Origin: an uncultured delta proteobacterium
Lineage (GTDB): Bacteria; Myxococcota; Myxococcia; Myxococcales; Anaeromyxobacteraceae
Assembly: GCA_963845515.1 (NCBI GenBank)
Contig: CAWJSR010000023.1
Coordinates: 184,726 to 248,725, forward strand
Length of the DNA: 64,000 nucleotides
Reading direction: 5' to 3'
The translations under genes were made by a program, and so were the position numbers. Below, piece by piece: positions 37,696-48,657 of the stretch; position 1 is the first letter of the stretch, and each line of letters starts with the position of its first letter. Under the pieces are notes generated by a model. The model saw only the letters and a program-made list of their open reading frames with translations. It ran no database searches and was not told where the DNA came from.

Positions 37696-39458
37696 AGCTG
37701 CGCGGACCACCGGCGCCGACGCTCCGCCACGCGACGCTCGTCGGCGCGCTCGCCGCCGCGGCCGACCACTGGAGCGCCGTCACCTTCGTCGATCTCCGCG
37801 AGCGCGAGGTGCGGATTCTCATGGGCGAGATCCACGAGCGCGCGCTGCGAGCCGCCGCGGCGCTGGCCGAACGCGGCGTTCGGCCCGGCGACGCCGTGGC
37901 CATCGTCCTCCGGACCGAGCCCGCGTTCCTCGACGCCTTCTTCGGGACCTGGCTGGCCGGCGCGGTGCCGGTCCCGCTATACCCGCCGGTCCGACTCGGC
38001 AGGATGGAGGAGTACCTCGCCGGCACCGCTCGGATGCTCTCGGTCTCGAAGGCGGCGCTGGTCGTGTCTGGCGGCGGGACCCTCCGGCTGCTCGGCGAGG
38101 CGGTGGAGGCGGGAGGGGTGCGCCTGGGGATCCACGACGCAGCGGGGCTCGTCGCCGGGACCCGCCGGCTCGAGCGAGCACCCGCGGCCGGCGACCTCGG
38201 GCTCGTCCAGTTCTCCTCCGGCTCGACGGTCGATCCGAAGCCGGTGGCGCTGACCCACGGGGCGCTCGCGGCGCAGGTGGGCGCGCTGCTCCAGATCGTG
38301 GAGCCGACCCAGCGAGACGCGCTCGTCTCGTGGCTGCCGCTGTACCACGACATGGGGCTGATCGGCTGCCTCCTGGGGGCGCTCAGCTACCCCGGGCCGG
38401 CGGTCCTCATCCCGCCAGAGCACTTCCTGGCGCGGCCAGCCCTCTGGCTGCGCGCGATCTCCCGCCACCGGGGCACGGTCTCGGCAGCGCCCAGCTTCGC
38501 GTACGCCTACTGCGCCGACCGGGTGAAGGACGAGCAGCTCGACGGCTGCGATCTCTCGTCGTGGCGGCTCGCCCTCGACGGCGCCGAGCCGGTCTCCGGA
38601 GAGGCGATGCGCCGCTTCGCCGGCCGCTTCGCCCCCTTCGGCTTCGCGCAGCGGGCGCTGGTCCCGGTCTATGGCCTGTCTGAGGCGGCCCTGGCGGTGA
38701 CCTTCTCGGCGCCGGGGGGACCGCTGGAGGGGCGGAGGATCGACGCCCTCCGGCTCGCGCGCGACGGCGCTGTCACGCCCGGCGATCGCGAGGTGGTCGC
38801 GGTCGGCTTGCCCATCCCCGGCGTCGAGGTGGAGCTGCGCGGCGCGGACGGGCGCGGCGTCGGCGAGGCCAGGCTTGGGAGGATCTGGGTGAAGGGGCCC
38901 TCGCTGATGCAGGGCTACCTGGGAGACGACGCCGCGACGGCGCGGGCGCTGGTGGAGGGCTGGCTCGACACCGGCGATCTCGGCTTCGTCGCCGGCGGGC
39001 TGCTCTACGTCCACGGCCGGGCCAGGGACCTCGTGATCGTCCGCGGTGCCAACCACGCGCCGGACGAGTTCGAGGCGGCGCTGGGCGGGCTGTCCGGCCT
39101 CCGTCCCGGCTGCGCGGTCGCCCTCGGGTTCACGCCGCCGGGCGGAGGAGGAGAGGAGCTGCTGCTGCTCGTCGAGCGCGGGCGCGACGCGGACGAGGAG
39201 TACGACGCCGTGCTCGAGGCGCAGGTCAGGTCCGCGGTCACCGCGCAGACCGGTGTCGCGCCCCACACCGTCCGGATCCTCGCGCCCGGGACCCTCCCGC
39301 GGACGAGCTCCGGCAAGCTCCGGCGCGGGGAGGCGCTCCGCCGCCACCTGGCCGGATCGCTGGAGCCGCCGCGCCCGGTGAGCCTCCTCCGGATCGCGGT
39401 CGGGGCCGCGCGCTCCAGCCTCGCCTACGCGCGCGTGCGGCGGCGCGGGAGAGGCTGA
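37692..39458 (+). CDS. Fatty acyl-AMP ligase
   Basis: QFSSGST, SWLPLYHDMGLIG, YGLSEA, TGDLG, RTSSGK. Confidence 0.92.
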   Translation: MKLRGPPAPTLRHATLVGALAAAADHWSAVTFVDLREREVRILMGEIHERALRAAAALAERGVRPGDAVAIVLRTEPAFLDAFFGTWLAGAVPVPLYPPVRLGRMEEYLAGTARMLSVSKAALVVSGGGTLRLLGEAVEAGGVRLGIHDAAGLVAGTRRLERAPAAGDLGLVQFSSGSTVDPKPVALTHGALAAQVGALLQIVEPTQRDALVSWLPLYHDMGLIGCLLGALSYPGPAVLIPPEHFLARPALWLRAISRHRGTVSAAPSFAYAYCADRVKDEQLDGCDLSSWRLALDGAEPVSGEAMRRFAGRFAPFGFAQRALVPVYGLSEAALAVTFSAPGGPLEGRRIDALRLARDGAVTPGDREVVAVGLPIPGVEVELRGADGRGVGEARLGRIWVKGPSLMQGYLGDDAATARALVEGWLDTGDLGFVAGGLLYVHGRARDLVIVRGANHAPDEFEAALGGLSGLRPGCAVALGFTPPGGGGEELLLLVERGRDADEEYDAVLEAQVRSAVTAQTGVAPHTVRILAPGTLPRTSSGKLRRGEALRRHLAGSLEPPRPVSLLRIAVGAARSSLAYARVRRRGRG

Positions 39459-39473
39459 GCGCCCGCGAGGTGC

Positions 39474-40463
39474 TCACCTCGTCGACGGGGCCGCGCAGGC
39501 CCGACGCGCAGCGGCGAGCTCGTCGAAGATGGCTGGCGGGACGACCTCCTCCCGCACGAAGGGCAGGTTCCTCTCGAAGGCGGCGCGGAGCACCTTTGGC
39601 TCGTCGACGGCGACCCGCAGAAGCCCCTGGCTCATCATCGCCTTGACCGCCGCCTCGGAGGTACGCGTCGTCTCGATGTCCGAGCGGAGCCCAGCCTCGC
39701 GCGCCGCCTGCAGGAGCCGGGGTCGCAGCTCGGCCGGGATCCGCTCCCATGCGTCCGCGCGGATGACGGTGATGCCGTAGAAGTAACCCCAGTCGAGGTC
39801 CAGCATGTACCGGGCCCGCTCGAACATGCGCGTCGCAAGCACGTAGATGGGGATGCTCGGGACGCAGTCGATCATGCCGGTGGTGAGCGCCGCGTGCATC
39901 TCCGCCGTGGACACGACCACCGGCCTCAGCCCCGCGCGCCGCCAGCCCTCGACGGCCTTCGGGTCGCCCTCCTGCGCGAAGAGCCGTGCGCCGGCGAGAG
40001 CGGCGAGCGAGTTTCGCGGCTCGGTGCAGAAGACCTGCAGCGCGCCGAGGCGGCTCCACTGGAGCGCGACCAGCCCTCGCTTCGCCATCGCCGACTCCAG
40101 CGTCGGGCGGACCCGCTCCAGCGCGCAGTCGGCCTCCGCCTGGCTGGCGAAGAACATGGGGATCGAGAGGGCCTTCGGCTCCTGGACGACGTCGTGGATC
40201 CCGACGTTGGTGAGGGCTGCGGCCTGGAGTTGGTTGATCCCGACCTTCCGGATCATGTCGCCCTCGCTCCCCTGGACTCCCCCGGCGTAAATCTTGAGCT
40301 TCACCGTGCCGCTGGAGGCGTCGGCCCAGGCTGCCCCCAGCTCCTTCAGGATCTCGTGCCACGTGGAGCCCTGCGGCGCGAGCGTCCCGAGCTTCACCAG
40401 CACCTCTGCGCGGGCGCTGCCAGCTAGCGCGAGCGCGGCGACCACAGCCACGATGCGTCCCAT
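39474..40463 (-). CDS. TRAP transporter substrate-binding protein (DctP family)
   Basis: Signal peptide; KLGTLAPQGSTW, IYAGGVQGSE, ALTTGMID. Confidence 0.85.
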   Translation of the reverse strand: MGRIVAVVAALALAGSARAEVLVKLGTLAPQGSTWHEILKELGAAWADASSGTVKLKIYAGGVQGSEGDMIRKVGINQLQAAALTNVGIHDVVQEPKALSIPMFFASQAEADCALERVRPTLESAMAKRGLVALQWSRLGALQVFCTEPRNSLAALAGARLFAQEGDPKAVEGWRRAGLRPVVVSTAEMHAALTTGMIDCVPSIPIYVLATRMFERARYMLDLDWGYFYGITVIRADAWERIPAELRPRLLQAAREAGLRSDIETTRTSEAAVKAMMSQGLLRVAVDEPKVLRAAFERNLPFVREEVVPPAIFDELAAARRACAAPSTR

Positions 40464-40533
40464 AGTCACTCCCCCTTGCCGACCATGAGACGCCGCCGCG
40501 CCCGCATGTGACCGATCTGCGCGCGCGTGCGGC

Positions 40534-41707
40534 TCACTCCCCCCCGAGCCGCGGCAGCACCAGCTCCCCTGGCAGCCGGTCGCCGCTCACCTGCTCCCAG
40601 GCGCCGCCGCCCGGCGCCAGCTGCATGATCCGGTGCACCTTGAGCGGGAGCCGGGAGCGTGCGCGGGTCGAGCTCGTGGTGGAGCGGCAGGTTGAAGTAG
40701 AAGAGCCGGGTTCCCGTGCCGAACCGGAGACGGCAGAGCGGAGCGCCGCCGAAGTCGTCGGTCGAGAACTCGGGCCGGGCGATGCGCGCCAGCTTGTGGT
40801 GGCGGTTGATCACGATCGACGACGTGCCGAAGCGCCCGTCCCCGGTGTAGCCGTCGATGGCGCTCTCGTCCGAGGCGTTGCCGAAGATGGTCACCGTCTC
40901 GCGCACCCCCGGCGTGTCCTCCAGGTACTCGCCGTAGAAGCCCGACAGCACGTCCCGGTAGGCAGCGTGCTCCGGCTTCGGGTTGGCCTGGAGGACGAAG
41001 AGCGCGTCGAGGGTCTGGCGCGTGCGGAAGAAGAGCTGGTCGGCGTGGTCGATGATCTCCCGGATGTTGGAGGCGTAGAGGCTCCGGTAGAGGTAGTCGA
41101 GGCAGACGAGCACCATGAAGTTGAAGCAGGCCGGCTCGCTCCGGAACAGGTAGAAGTGGCGTCCCCGGTAGAGGTCGACGTGGGTGTCGAGCACCTCCTC
41201 GCCGGCGAAGGGGTGGCTCTTCGCCTCGAAGAAGACGCGGAGCCGGCCGTCGGCCTCCTTGACGACGACGCAGCCGGCGTTGACGGGGTTCAGCAGCACG
41301 TCCCCGGAGTCGACGTCGTCCTCGACGAGCTCGATCGCGCCGGCGTTCTCCTCGGAGAAGCGCGCGAGCAGGTCGCGGTAGGTCCGGAGCCGGATGTGCT
41401 CGAGCCCGAACATCGTGACTGAGTTGGGGCGCATCTGGCGCTCCAGCGTCTCGAGCAGGTCGTCGAGCTTGGCGAACGGCACGGCCGCCTCGGGGAGGAC
41501 GAGGAAGTGGAGCTTCTTGAGGTTCTGCTCCCCTTCGGCGACGAGATCGAGGACCGAGCGGACCGTGCGCCACTGCGCCTCCGGATCGGCGATCTCGTAG
41601 CCGTGCTCGGCCCGGCGCAGCCGGATCGGCAGCTGCGCCACGAGACAGTGGAGGTGGTGACCCAGCGGGAAGGCCAGGTTCACCACCCTGTCGAGGATCT
41701 TCGGCAT
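40534..41707 (-). CDS. Carbon-nitrogen hydrolase (nitrilase)-fold hypothetical protein; probable frameshift near 40657
   Basis: LVLPE, EAKSHP and LVCLDY give a putative Glu-Lys-Cys triad. The shifted frame gives SRLPLKVHRIM..., ending at 40534; the unshifted frame ends at 40466. Confidence 0.6.
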
Positions 41708-41722
41708 CGGTACGGCACCCCG

Positions 41723-42181
41723 TCAGTGCTTCAGGTTGCGGATCTCCTCCGCCCGGTGCTCCGGGAAGAGCTGCCCGACGATGTAGCGCGCACCCTCCGC
41801 GAGCTCCATGCCCCCCAGCTCCCCGCGGGGAACCCAGCGCGCCTCCGCCACCTCGGCGGGGTTGACCGCGAGGACGCGCGTCACCGGCCGGCAGCGGTAG
41901 TAGAGGATGACGAAGTGGTCGTTATCCGGTCCGGGCGTCAGGTGCTCGAAGACGTCCACCAGCCCGTCCACCGCGACCTCTATCCCGACCTCCTCGCGCA
42001 CCTCCCGATGGAGCGCGCGGATCATGGGCTCGCCGAGGTCGATCTTGCCGCCCGGCATCACCCACAGGTCGCGGAACGGCGGAATGGCGCGACGGGTGAG
42101 GAGCAGCTCGTCGTTGTCGTCGACGATGACCGCGACGACCGACGTGACGACGTGCTGCTTTCGGTAGAAGTGCTGCGTCAT
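41723..42181 (-). CDS. NUDIX hydrolase
   Basis: Nudix box PGGKIDLGE...ALHREVREEVG. Confidence 0.92.
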   Translation of the reverse strand: MTQHFYRKQHVVTSVVAVIVDDNDELLLTRRAIPPFRDLWVMPGGKIDLGEPMIRALHREVREEVGIEVAVDGLVDVFEHLTPGPDNDHFVILYYRCRPVTRVLAVNPAEVAEARWVPRGELGGMELAEGARYIVGQLFPEHRAEEIRNLKH

Positions 42182-42307
42182 CGCGCACCCGCCCGGCTGG
42201 CGCCTCCCCCACGAGCAGACCACCTTTCCCCCGGGACGTCGACCGGTTGGCGCAGCGCAGATCCATTTCCGGGGCCGCGCGTTCACTCCTGTCGAAAGGA
42301 GCTTCAC

Positions 42308-43225
42308 ATGCCCGCCCTCCGCACCCTCGCCTTCGCGGCGCTGCTCGCCGCGTGCGCCGCCGAACCCCGCTGGACCCTCGCCCATCCCGCCGACGCCCCC
42401 GCCCGCCAGGGCGCCTGGTCGATCGAGCTGACCGACGAGGGGGGCCGGACGCTGCCGACCTTCGAGCACCGCGGCCGCACCTACGTCCTGGGTGAGCCGG
42501 GGCAGCGCTACCTGCTGCGCGTCCGGAACGGCTCCGGCCGGCGCGTCGAGGTGGTCGCCTCGGTCGACGGGCGCGACGTGACCGACGGCCAGCCAGCCGC
42601 GTGGGAGCGGCGCGGCTATCTCGTCGAGCCGCACGGCGAGGTGATGATCGACGGCTATCGGCTCAGCCAGGCCTCGGTCGCGGCCTTCCGGTTCGGCAGC
42701 GTCGCCAGCTCCTACGCTGCGGCGAAGGGGGACGTGCGCGACGTGGGGGTCATCGGCGTGGCGGTGTTCCAGGAGCGGGCCGTGGCGCAGCGCCCGTCGC
42801 AGCGTCCCCTCATGACGCCGTATCCGTACCCGCAGTACGAGGGTCCGTCGTCACGCTCGGAGGCCGCCCCCACTCCATCGGGTGATGCCGCGGGCGGAGG
42901 GCGGGCGGAGAAGCGCGGCGGAGCGGAAGCAGCGCCGTCGGCAGCGGCTCCCCGCGTCGACCGCGAGCGCCCCGGCCTGGGCACCGAGTTCGGCGAGGCG
43001 CACGGGTCGCCCGTGTACGAGGTCGCGTTCGTGCGCGCCAGCAGCCGGCCCGCGACGGTGCTCACGCTCCGTTACGACGACCGGCGCGGGCTCGCCGCCG
43101 CCGGCGTGGACCTGGATCGCTGGGCGTGGCACGGCCCCGACAATCGCTGGCTGCGAGAGCAGGCCAACCCGTTCCGTTCGAGCGGGACCTACGCCGAGCC
43201 GCCGCCCGGATGGCGGCCGTACTGA
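42308..43225 (+). CDS. Hypothetical lipoprotein
   Basis: AAAGGAG RBS; lipobox LLAAC; VASVDGRDV and GVIGVAVF conserved-looking blocks. Confidence 0.7.
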   Translation: MPALRTLAFAALLAACAAEPRWTLAHPADAPARQGAWSIELTDEGGRTLPTFEHRGRTYVLGEPGQRYLLRVRNGSGRRVEVVASVDGRDVTDGQPAAWERRGYLVEPHGEVMIDGYRLSQASVAAFRFGSVASSYAAAKGDVRDVGVIGVAVFQERAVAQRPSQRPLMTPYPYPQYEGPSSRSEAAPTPSGDAAGGGRAEKRGGAEAAPSAAAPRVDRERPGLGTEFGEAHGSPVYEVAFVRASSRPATVLTLRYDDRRGLAAAGVDLDRWAWHGPDNRWLREQANPFRSSGTYAEPPPGWRPY

Positions 43226-43282
43226 CACGCACGCCGCGCGCCTCGATCGAACGGTCGAAGTCGTGGAATAGTGGCGGCCGCC

Positions 43283-43606
43283 ATGCCCACCGACCAAACG
43301 AGCCTCGTCGTCGTGGCGATCTCCTGGATCGTCGCCGGCCTGCTGGCCATCCCGCTCTGGCGGAAGCCCGGAGGTGCGGCCGGAAAGCTCGCCTGGAGCG
43401 TGCTCCTCGCCGCGCCAGTCATCGGGCCGGTCGCCTTCGCGGTCCTCCACGACCCGCCGCCGCCGAGGGCCGGCTGCGGCTCCTGCGGCCCGGCGAGCTG
43501 CGGGCAGGGGAGCGGGGACGGTGAGGGCGGCGAGGAAGGGCTGACGCGGCTCGGGCGCGGCGAGCCTGGCGAGGGCGGGGCCGCCGGCGAGCGGGACGCG
43601 CGGTGA
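43283..43606 (+). CDS. Small two-TM membrane protein
   Basis: Two hydrophobic helices followed by a Gly/Cys-rich tail. Confidence 0.45.
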   Translation: MPTDQTSLVVVAISWIVAGLLAIPLWRKPGGAAGKLAWSVLLAAPVIGPVAFAVLHDPPPPRAGCGSCGPASCGQGSGDGEGGEEGLTRLGRGEPGEGGAAGERDAR

Positions 43607-43680
43607 CCAGTGCGCGGCCGGAGGCCGCTCGCCCCCGCCGCCGGTTCTGGTCTATAACTCCGGTTCTCCTGGAGTTTCCC

Positions 43681-45042
43681 TTGAAGAAGCTCACATCTCG
43701 CGATCCCTCCTTCCGCGCCGCGTGGACGAAGCTCTGCGCGCGCGGCTCCGACGAGGACGAGGGGCCGGTCCGCGAAGCGGCCGCTCGCATCGTCGCCGAC
43801 GTCCGCGCCCGCGGCGACGAGGCGCTCCTCGACCTGACCCGCCGCTTCGACCGCTGGGAGCCCGGCGCCGCCGCGGGGCTCGTGGCAGGCCCGAAGGAGT
43901 TCGCCGCCGCGTTCCGAGCGCTGCCGGCCGCCGGCCGCAAGGCGCTCGGCCTCGCCGCGAAGCGGATCGAGGCCTTCCATGCGCGCGAGCGCGACGCCGA
44001 GGTGCCGCGCTTCAGGGACGCCGCCGGCGCGACGCTCGCCCAGGTGGTCCGGCCGCTCGCCCGCGTCGGGCTCTACGCGCCGGGCGGGACGGCTCGCTAC
44101 CCGTCGTCGGTCCTCATGACCGCCATCCCGGCGCGCGTCGCCGGCGTGAAGGAGATCTTCGTCTGCTCCCCGGCGGTGCAGGGGACCGGCGCGATCGACC
44201 TCTGGACGCTCGCCGCCTGCCACGTCTCGAAGGTGAAGGCGCTCTTCAAGATCGGCGGCGCGCAGGCCGTGGCGGCGCTCGCGTACGGCACCGCGACCGT
44301 GCCGGCGGTCGACAAGATCTGCGGCCCCGGCAACGCTTACGTCGCCGCGGCGAAGCGGCTCGTCTTCGGTCAGGTGGACATCGACATGATCGCCGGGCCG
44401 AGCGAGATCCTGGTCCTCGCCGACGCAGCTGCCGACGCCGAGGAGGTGGCCAGCGATCTCATCGCGCAGGCGGAGCACGACGTCCGCGCCGTCTCGGTCC
44501 TCGTGACGCCGTCCGCGAAGCTGCTGACGGCGACCCTCGCCGCGGTCGACCGCCAGCTCGCCGACCTGCCGCGCCGGGAGATCGCCGCCGCGTCGCTCCG
44601 AGATCGCGGCGCGCTCGTCCTCGCCACGGGCATGAGCGAGGCGCTGAAGCTGACGAACGAGTTCGCCGCCGAGCACCTCGCGCTCCACGTGGCGAGGGCG
44701 GAGGGGCTGGTCCCGAAGATCACGAGCGCCGGAGCCGTCTTCGTCGGCAACTCGACGCCGGAGGCGGTGGGGGACTACCTCGCCGGACCGAGCCACGTCC
44801 TGCCGACCGCGGGCACGGCGCGCTTCGCCTCGCCGCTCTCGGTCGTCACGTTCAGGCGCCGGATGAGCGTGCTCGACCTCTCGCCGAGGGCACTGGCGTC
44901 GGTCGCGCCCGCCGTCGAGGCGCTCGCGACGGCCGAGGGGCTCGAGGGACACTGGCGCGCCGTGAAGGTCCGCGTCGAGAAGCAGCGGGCGAGGGCGGCG
45001 GTGCCGCGCCGGGCCGCGAAGGGGAAGGGAGCGCGGCGATGA
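43681..45042 (+). CDS. hisD: Histidinol dehydrogenase
   Basis: [57 protein letters not shown] start behind GGAG. Confidence 0.96.
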   Translation: MKKLTSRDPSFRAAWTKLCARGSDEDEGPVREAAARIVADVRARGDEALLDLTRRFDRWEPGAAAGLVAGPKEFAAAFRALPAAGRKALGLAAKRIEAFHARERDAEVPRFRDAAGATLAQVVRPLARVGLYAPGGTARYPSSVLMTAIPARVAGVKEIFVCSPAVQGTGAIDLWTLAACHVSKVKALFKIGGAQAVAALAYGTATVPAVDKICGPGNAYVAAAKRLVFGQVDIDMIAGPSEILVLADAAADAEEVASDLIAQAEHDVRAVSVLVTPSAKLLTATLAAVDRQLADLPRREIAAASLRDRGALVLATGMSEALKLTNEFAAEHLALHVARAEGLVPKITSAGAVFVGNSTPEAVGDYLAGPSHVLPTAGTARFASPLSVVTFRRRMSVLDLSPRALASVAPAVEALATAEGLEGHWRAVKVRVEKQRARAAVPRRAAKGKGARR

Positions 45043-45632
45043 AGAAGGCGGCCGGCAGGAAGGCGCTCAAGCGCAAGACGCGCGAGACCGACATCGAGGT
45101 GGAGCTTGGGCTCTTCCCCGGCGAGGCGGTGATCTCGACCGGCGTCCCCTTCTTCGACCACATGCTGGAGCAGATCTCGCGCCACGGCGGGATGGCCCTC
45201 ACGGTCAAGGCGGCCGGCGACCTCGCGGTCGACGCGCACCACACGGTGGAGGACGTGGGGATCGCGCTCGGCGAGGTGCTGCGCTCGGCGCTCGGCGACA
45301 AGGCCGGGCTGGCACGCTACGGCCACGCGGTGGTCCCGCTCGACGAGGCGCTGGTGGAGGCGGTGGTCGACCTCTCCGGCCGGCCGCACCTGACCTGGAA
45401 CGCGAAGCTCCCGGCGGGCAAGAAGTTCATCGGCACCTTCGACGTCGACCTCGCGCAGGACTTCTTCCAGGCGCTCGTGAACCACGCCCGGATCTGCATC
45501 CACGTGAACGTCCGCTACGGCCGCAACCTGCACCACGTCGTCGAGGCCGCCTTCAAGGCCACGGCGCGCGCCCTGCGCGCCGCGACCGTGAGGGAAGGGA
45601 CGGCGCTCCCGTCCACGAAGGGGACGCTCTAG
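45039..45632 (+). CDS. hisB: Imidazoleglycerol-phosphate dehydratase
   Basis: RKTRETDI, FFDHML, DAHHTVED, NLHHVVEA.FKA, PSTKG. Confidence 0.97.
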   Translation: MKKAAGRKALKRKTRETDIEVELGLFPGEAVISTGVPFFDHMLEQISRHGGMALTVKAAGDLAVDAHHTVEDVGIALGEVLRSALGDKAGLARYGHAVVPLDEALVEAVVDLSGRPHLTWNAKLPAGKKFIGTFDVDLAQDFFQALVNHARICIHVNVRYGRNLHHVVEAAFKATARALRAATVREGTALPSTKGTL

Positions 45633-46243
45633 TGTCGAAGCCGGGAACGGTGGCGCTCGTGGACTACGGCGCCGGGAACCTCCGCTCGGTCGAGAACGCC
45701 CTCCGCGAGGTCGGCGCTGCGGTCGTCGTGACCCGGGATCCCGACGCCGTCCGCAAGGCCGACCGCGTGGTGGTGCCCGGGCAGGGCTCGATGCCGGTCT
45801 GCGCCGAGGCCATGCGCCAGAGCGGCGTCGAGGCGGCGCTGCGCGAGGCGATCGCCCGCGGCGCGCCGGTCCTGGGCATCTGCGTCGGGCTCCAGGTCCT
45901 CTTCGAGTCGGGCGAGGAGGCGGGGGGCGCGAAGGGGCTCGGGATCGTCCCCGGCGTCATCCGCCGCCTGCCCGAGGGCGTGAAGCTCCCCAACATAGGC
46001 TGGTGCCAGGTGCGCGCGGCGGCGCCGCTCCACCCGCTCTTCGCCCCGATGGACGGGGCGTGGGTCTACTTCGCCCACTCCTACGCCGCGCCGGCGGACG
46101 CGCCCGGCGTGCAGCTCGTCACCGATCATGGTCGCACCTACTGCGCCGCGCTCGCGCAGGGGAACCTCTTCGCGGTCCAGTTCCACCCGGAGAAGAGCCA
46201 GCTGGTCGGGCTGGGGCTGCTCCAGCGCTTCGTGGGAGTCTGA
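45632..46243 (+). CDS. hisH: Imidazole glycerol phosphate synthase, glutaminase subunit
   Basis: DYGAGNLRSV, LGICVGLQ, QFHPEKS. Confidence 0.97.
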   Translation: MSKPGTVALVDYGAGNLRSVENALREVGAAVVVTRDPDAVRKADRVVVPGQGSMPVCAEAMRQSGVEAALREAIARGAPVLGICVGLQVLFESGEEAGGAKGLGIVPGVIRRLPEGVKLPNIGWCQVRAAAPLHPLFAPMDGAWVYFAHSYAAPADAPGVQLVTDHGRTYCAALAQGNLFAVQFHPEKSQLVGLGLLQRFVGV

Positions 46244-46960
46244 ATGCTCGTGATCCCTGCCATCGATCTAATGGGCGGTGAGGTGGTCCGGCTCGAGAAG
46301 GGCGACTTCGCCACCAAGAAGGTCTACTCGCGCCGCCCGGCCGAGCAGGCCGAGAACTTCAAGTTCTCCGGGGCGAAGCTGCTCCACGTCGTCGATCTCG
46401 ACGGCGCGCGCGAGGGCTGGCCGGTCAACCTCGACTCGATCGGCGCCATCTGCCGCGTCCCCGGCGTGGAGGTCGAGCTCGGCGGCGGGCTGCGCACGCT
46501 CGCCGACATCGAGCGGGTCCTGAAGCTCGGCGTGAAGTACGTCGTGCTCGGCACCGCGGCCGTCGAGCGGCTCGACCTGGTCAAGCAGGCCTGCGAGAAG
46601 TTCCCCGGCCAGGTCCGCTGCGGCATCGACGCCAAGAACGGTGAGGTGGCCGTGGCCGGCTGGGTCGAGGGGACCGGCCTCAAGGCCGTCGACGTCGCGA
46701 AGCGGGTCAAGGCCGCGGGCGTGTCGCTCGTCGAGTACACGGACGTGGGGCGCGACGGCATGTTCACCGGCGTCGACGCGGCCGGCGCCTCGGAGATCCA
46801 GCTGGCAGCGGGGGTCGACGTGGTGGCCTCCGGCGGCGTCGCCAGCCTCGACGACGTGAAGCGCTGCAAGGCGGCTGGCATCGCCGGCGTCATCGTCGGC
46901 AAGGCGATCTACGAGGGGCGGATCCGGCTCGCGGACGCCGTCAAGCTGTCCAGGGAGTAG
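46244..46960 (+). CDS. hisA: ProFAR isomerase
   Basis: IPAIDL, LHVVDLDGA, GGGLR, TDVGRDG, ASGGV. Confidence 0.97.
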   Translation: MLVIPAIDLMGGEVVRLEKGDFATKKVYSRRPAEQAENFKFSGAKLLHVVDLDGAREGWPVNLDSIGAICRVPGVEVELGGGLRTLADIERVLKLGVKYVVLGTAAVERLDLVKQACEKFPGQVRCGIDAKNGEVAVAGWVEGTGLKAVDVAKRVKAAGVSLVEYTDVGRDGMFTGVDAAGASEIQLAAGVDVVASGGVASLDDVKRCKAAGIAGVIVGKAIYEGRIRLADAVKLSRE

Positions 46961-46969
46961 GGAGCGACG

Positions 46970-47737
46970 ATGCCGGCGAAGCGCATCATCCCCTGCCTGG
47001 ACGTGAAGAACGGCCGGGTCGTGAAGGGGATCAACTTCAAGAACCTCCGCGACGCGGGCGACCCCGTGGAGGCCGCCTCCCGTTACGACGCGCAGGGGGC
47101 GGACGAGGTGACCTACCTCGACATCGCCGCCACGCTGGAGAACCGCGGCACCCTCATCGACCTGGTGACCCGCACCGCCGCGCGCGTCTTCGCGCCGCTC
47201 ACGGTCGGCGGCGGCGTCCGGAACGAGGCCGACTTCGTCGCGCTCCTCCACGCCGGCGCCGACAAGGTGAGCGTCAACTCGTCGGCGGTGGCGGATCCCT
47301 CCCTGGTCGACCGGCTCTCGGCCATCGCCGGGGCGCAGGCGCTCGTCGTCGCCATCGACGTGAAGCGGCGGCCGCCCGTGCCGGGGAGGCCCCAGGAGTG
47401 GGAGGTCTACGTGGCCGGTGGCTCCAGGCCCACCGGCGTGGAGGGGCTCGGCTGGGCCATGGAGGTGGCGCGGCGCGGCGCGGGCGAGCTGCTGTTGACC
47501 AGCATGGACCGCGACGGGACGCAGGCTGGCTACGATCTCGAGCTGCTGGAGAAGGTCTGCGGCTCGGTCACCATCCCCGTCATCGCGTCCGGCGGCGTCG
47601 GGACGCTGGAGCACCTCGCAGAGGGGCTCAGGTACGCCGACGCGGCGCTCGCGGCGTCGATCTTCCACGACGGGAAGCACACCGTGCAGGAGGCGAAGGC
47701 CTTCTGCCGCGCGAAGGGGATCGAGGTGCGGCCGTGA
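46970..47737 (+). CDS. hisF: Imidazole glycerol phosphate synthase, cyclase subunit
   Basis: [33 protein letters not shown]. Confidence 0.97.
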   Translation: MPAKRIIPCLDVKNGRVVKGINFKNLRDAGDPVEAASRYDAQGADEVTYLDIAATLENRGTLIDLVTRTAARVFAPLTVGGGVRNEADFVALLHAGADKVSVNSSAVADPSLVDRLSAIAGAQALVVAIDVKRRPPVPGRPQEWEVYVAGGSRPTGVEGLGWAMEVARRGAGELLLTSMDRDGTQAGYDLELLEKVCGSVTIPVIASGGVGTLEHLAEGLRYADAALAASIFHDGKHTVQEAKAFCRAKGIEVRP

Positions 47738-48339
47738 CGAAGCGATCCGGCGCGTCCACGGGACGCGCGGCGGGAGGCGCGCGCAGCGCGCGAAGGGACC
47801 CGCCGAGCAGGGGTGGGGCCCAGACGGCTTCGCCGGCGGGGCGGGGCGGCACGCCCCGTGGAGAAGGCGAGGCCTTCGCCGACAGGATCCGCTGGGACGA
47901 CCGCGGCCTCGTGCCGGTCGTCGCGCAGGACGAGGAGGGTGGCGTGCTCATGCTCGCGTGGGCGAACCGCGAGGCGATCCTCTCGACCTTCCGGACCGGG
48001 CGCGGGACCTACTGGTCCCGCAGCCGCGGCCAGCTCTGGGTGAAGGGCGACACCAGCGGCCACGTGCAGCACGCCCTCGCGGTCTCGCTGGACTGCGACG
48101 GCGACGCCGTGCTCTACATCGTCCGCCAGAAGGGGCCAGCGTGCCACCTGGGAACCCGCAGCTGCTTCGCGCAGCGAGAGGAGATCAAGACATGGCAGAC
48201 GAGCGCTTCCTCGCGCAGCTCTGGGCGACGATCGAGTCCCGCAAGGCGGACGACGACCAGTCCGGGAGCTACACCCGAAAGCTCCTCTCCAACCCCCCGA
48301 AGATCCGGAAGAAGATCATCGAGGAAGCCTACGAGGTGA
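47734..48339 (+). CDS. hisI: Phosphoribosyl-AMP cyclohydrolase (3' end uncertain, overlaps hisE)
   Basis: [33 protein letters not shown]. Confidence 0.92.
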   Translation: MTKRSGASTGRAAGGARSARRDPPSRGGAQTASPAGRGGTPRGEGEAFADRIRWDDRGLVPVVAQDEEGGVLMLAWANREAILSTFRTGRGTYWSRSRGQLWVKGDTSGHVQHALAVSLDCDGDAVLYIVRQKGPACHLGTRSCFAQREEIKTWQTSASSRSSGRRSSPARRTTTSPGATPESSSPTPRRSGRRSSRKPTR

Positions 48340-48506
48340 ACGAGGCCCACCAGGCCTTGATGGACGCGCGGGACACGAAGGATCACCTCGCCAACGAGGC
48401 GGCCGACCTCGTCTATCACCTGATGGTCCTCCTCGCGTCCGTCGACGTCACGCCGACCGAGGTCTGGACCGTGCTCGAGCAGCGCCACGCGCCGAAGAAG
48501 CCGTGA
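48192..48506 (+). CDS. hisE: Phosphoribosyl-ATP pyrophosphatase
   Basis: [33 protein letters not shown]. Confidence 0.93.
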   Translation: MADERFLAQLWATIESRKADDDQSGSYTRKLLSNPPKIRKKIIEEAYEVNEAHQALMDARDTKDHLANEAADLVYHLMVLLASVDVTPTEVWTVLEQRHAPKKP

Positions 48507-48529
48507 CTGGGAGCGGGGGCCTAAACCCC

Positions 48530-48559
48530 TTGACACCCCAAGCGCTTTTCCCGTATCAA
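48530..48559 (+). promoter_or_regulatory. Sigma70-type promoter of the rpsU-dnaG-rpoD operon
   Basis: TTGACA-N18-TATCAA. Confidence 0.6.
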
Positions 48560-48657
48560 GCCACGTTCAGCCGCTAGAAGAGCCGGGCACCCGAGGGTTC
48601 CCGGTTCTTCGCGTTTTCGGCGTCCATCTCGGACCCAATCGAAAGCACGAGGAAAGA

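Noticed and set aside
47734..48506. Frameshifted hisIE fusion or functional 148-nt overlap
   Set aside because: hisE has its own RBS and ATG; the hisI tail is low complexity, so a lost or late stop is more likely.
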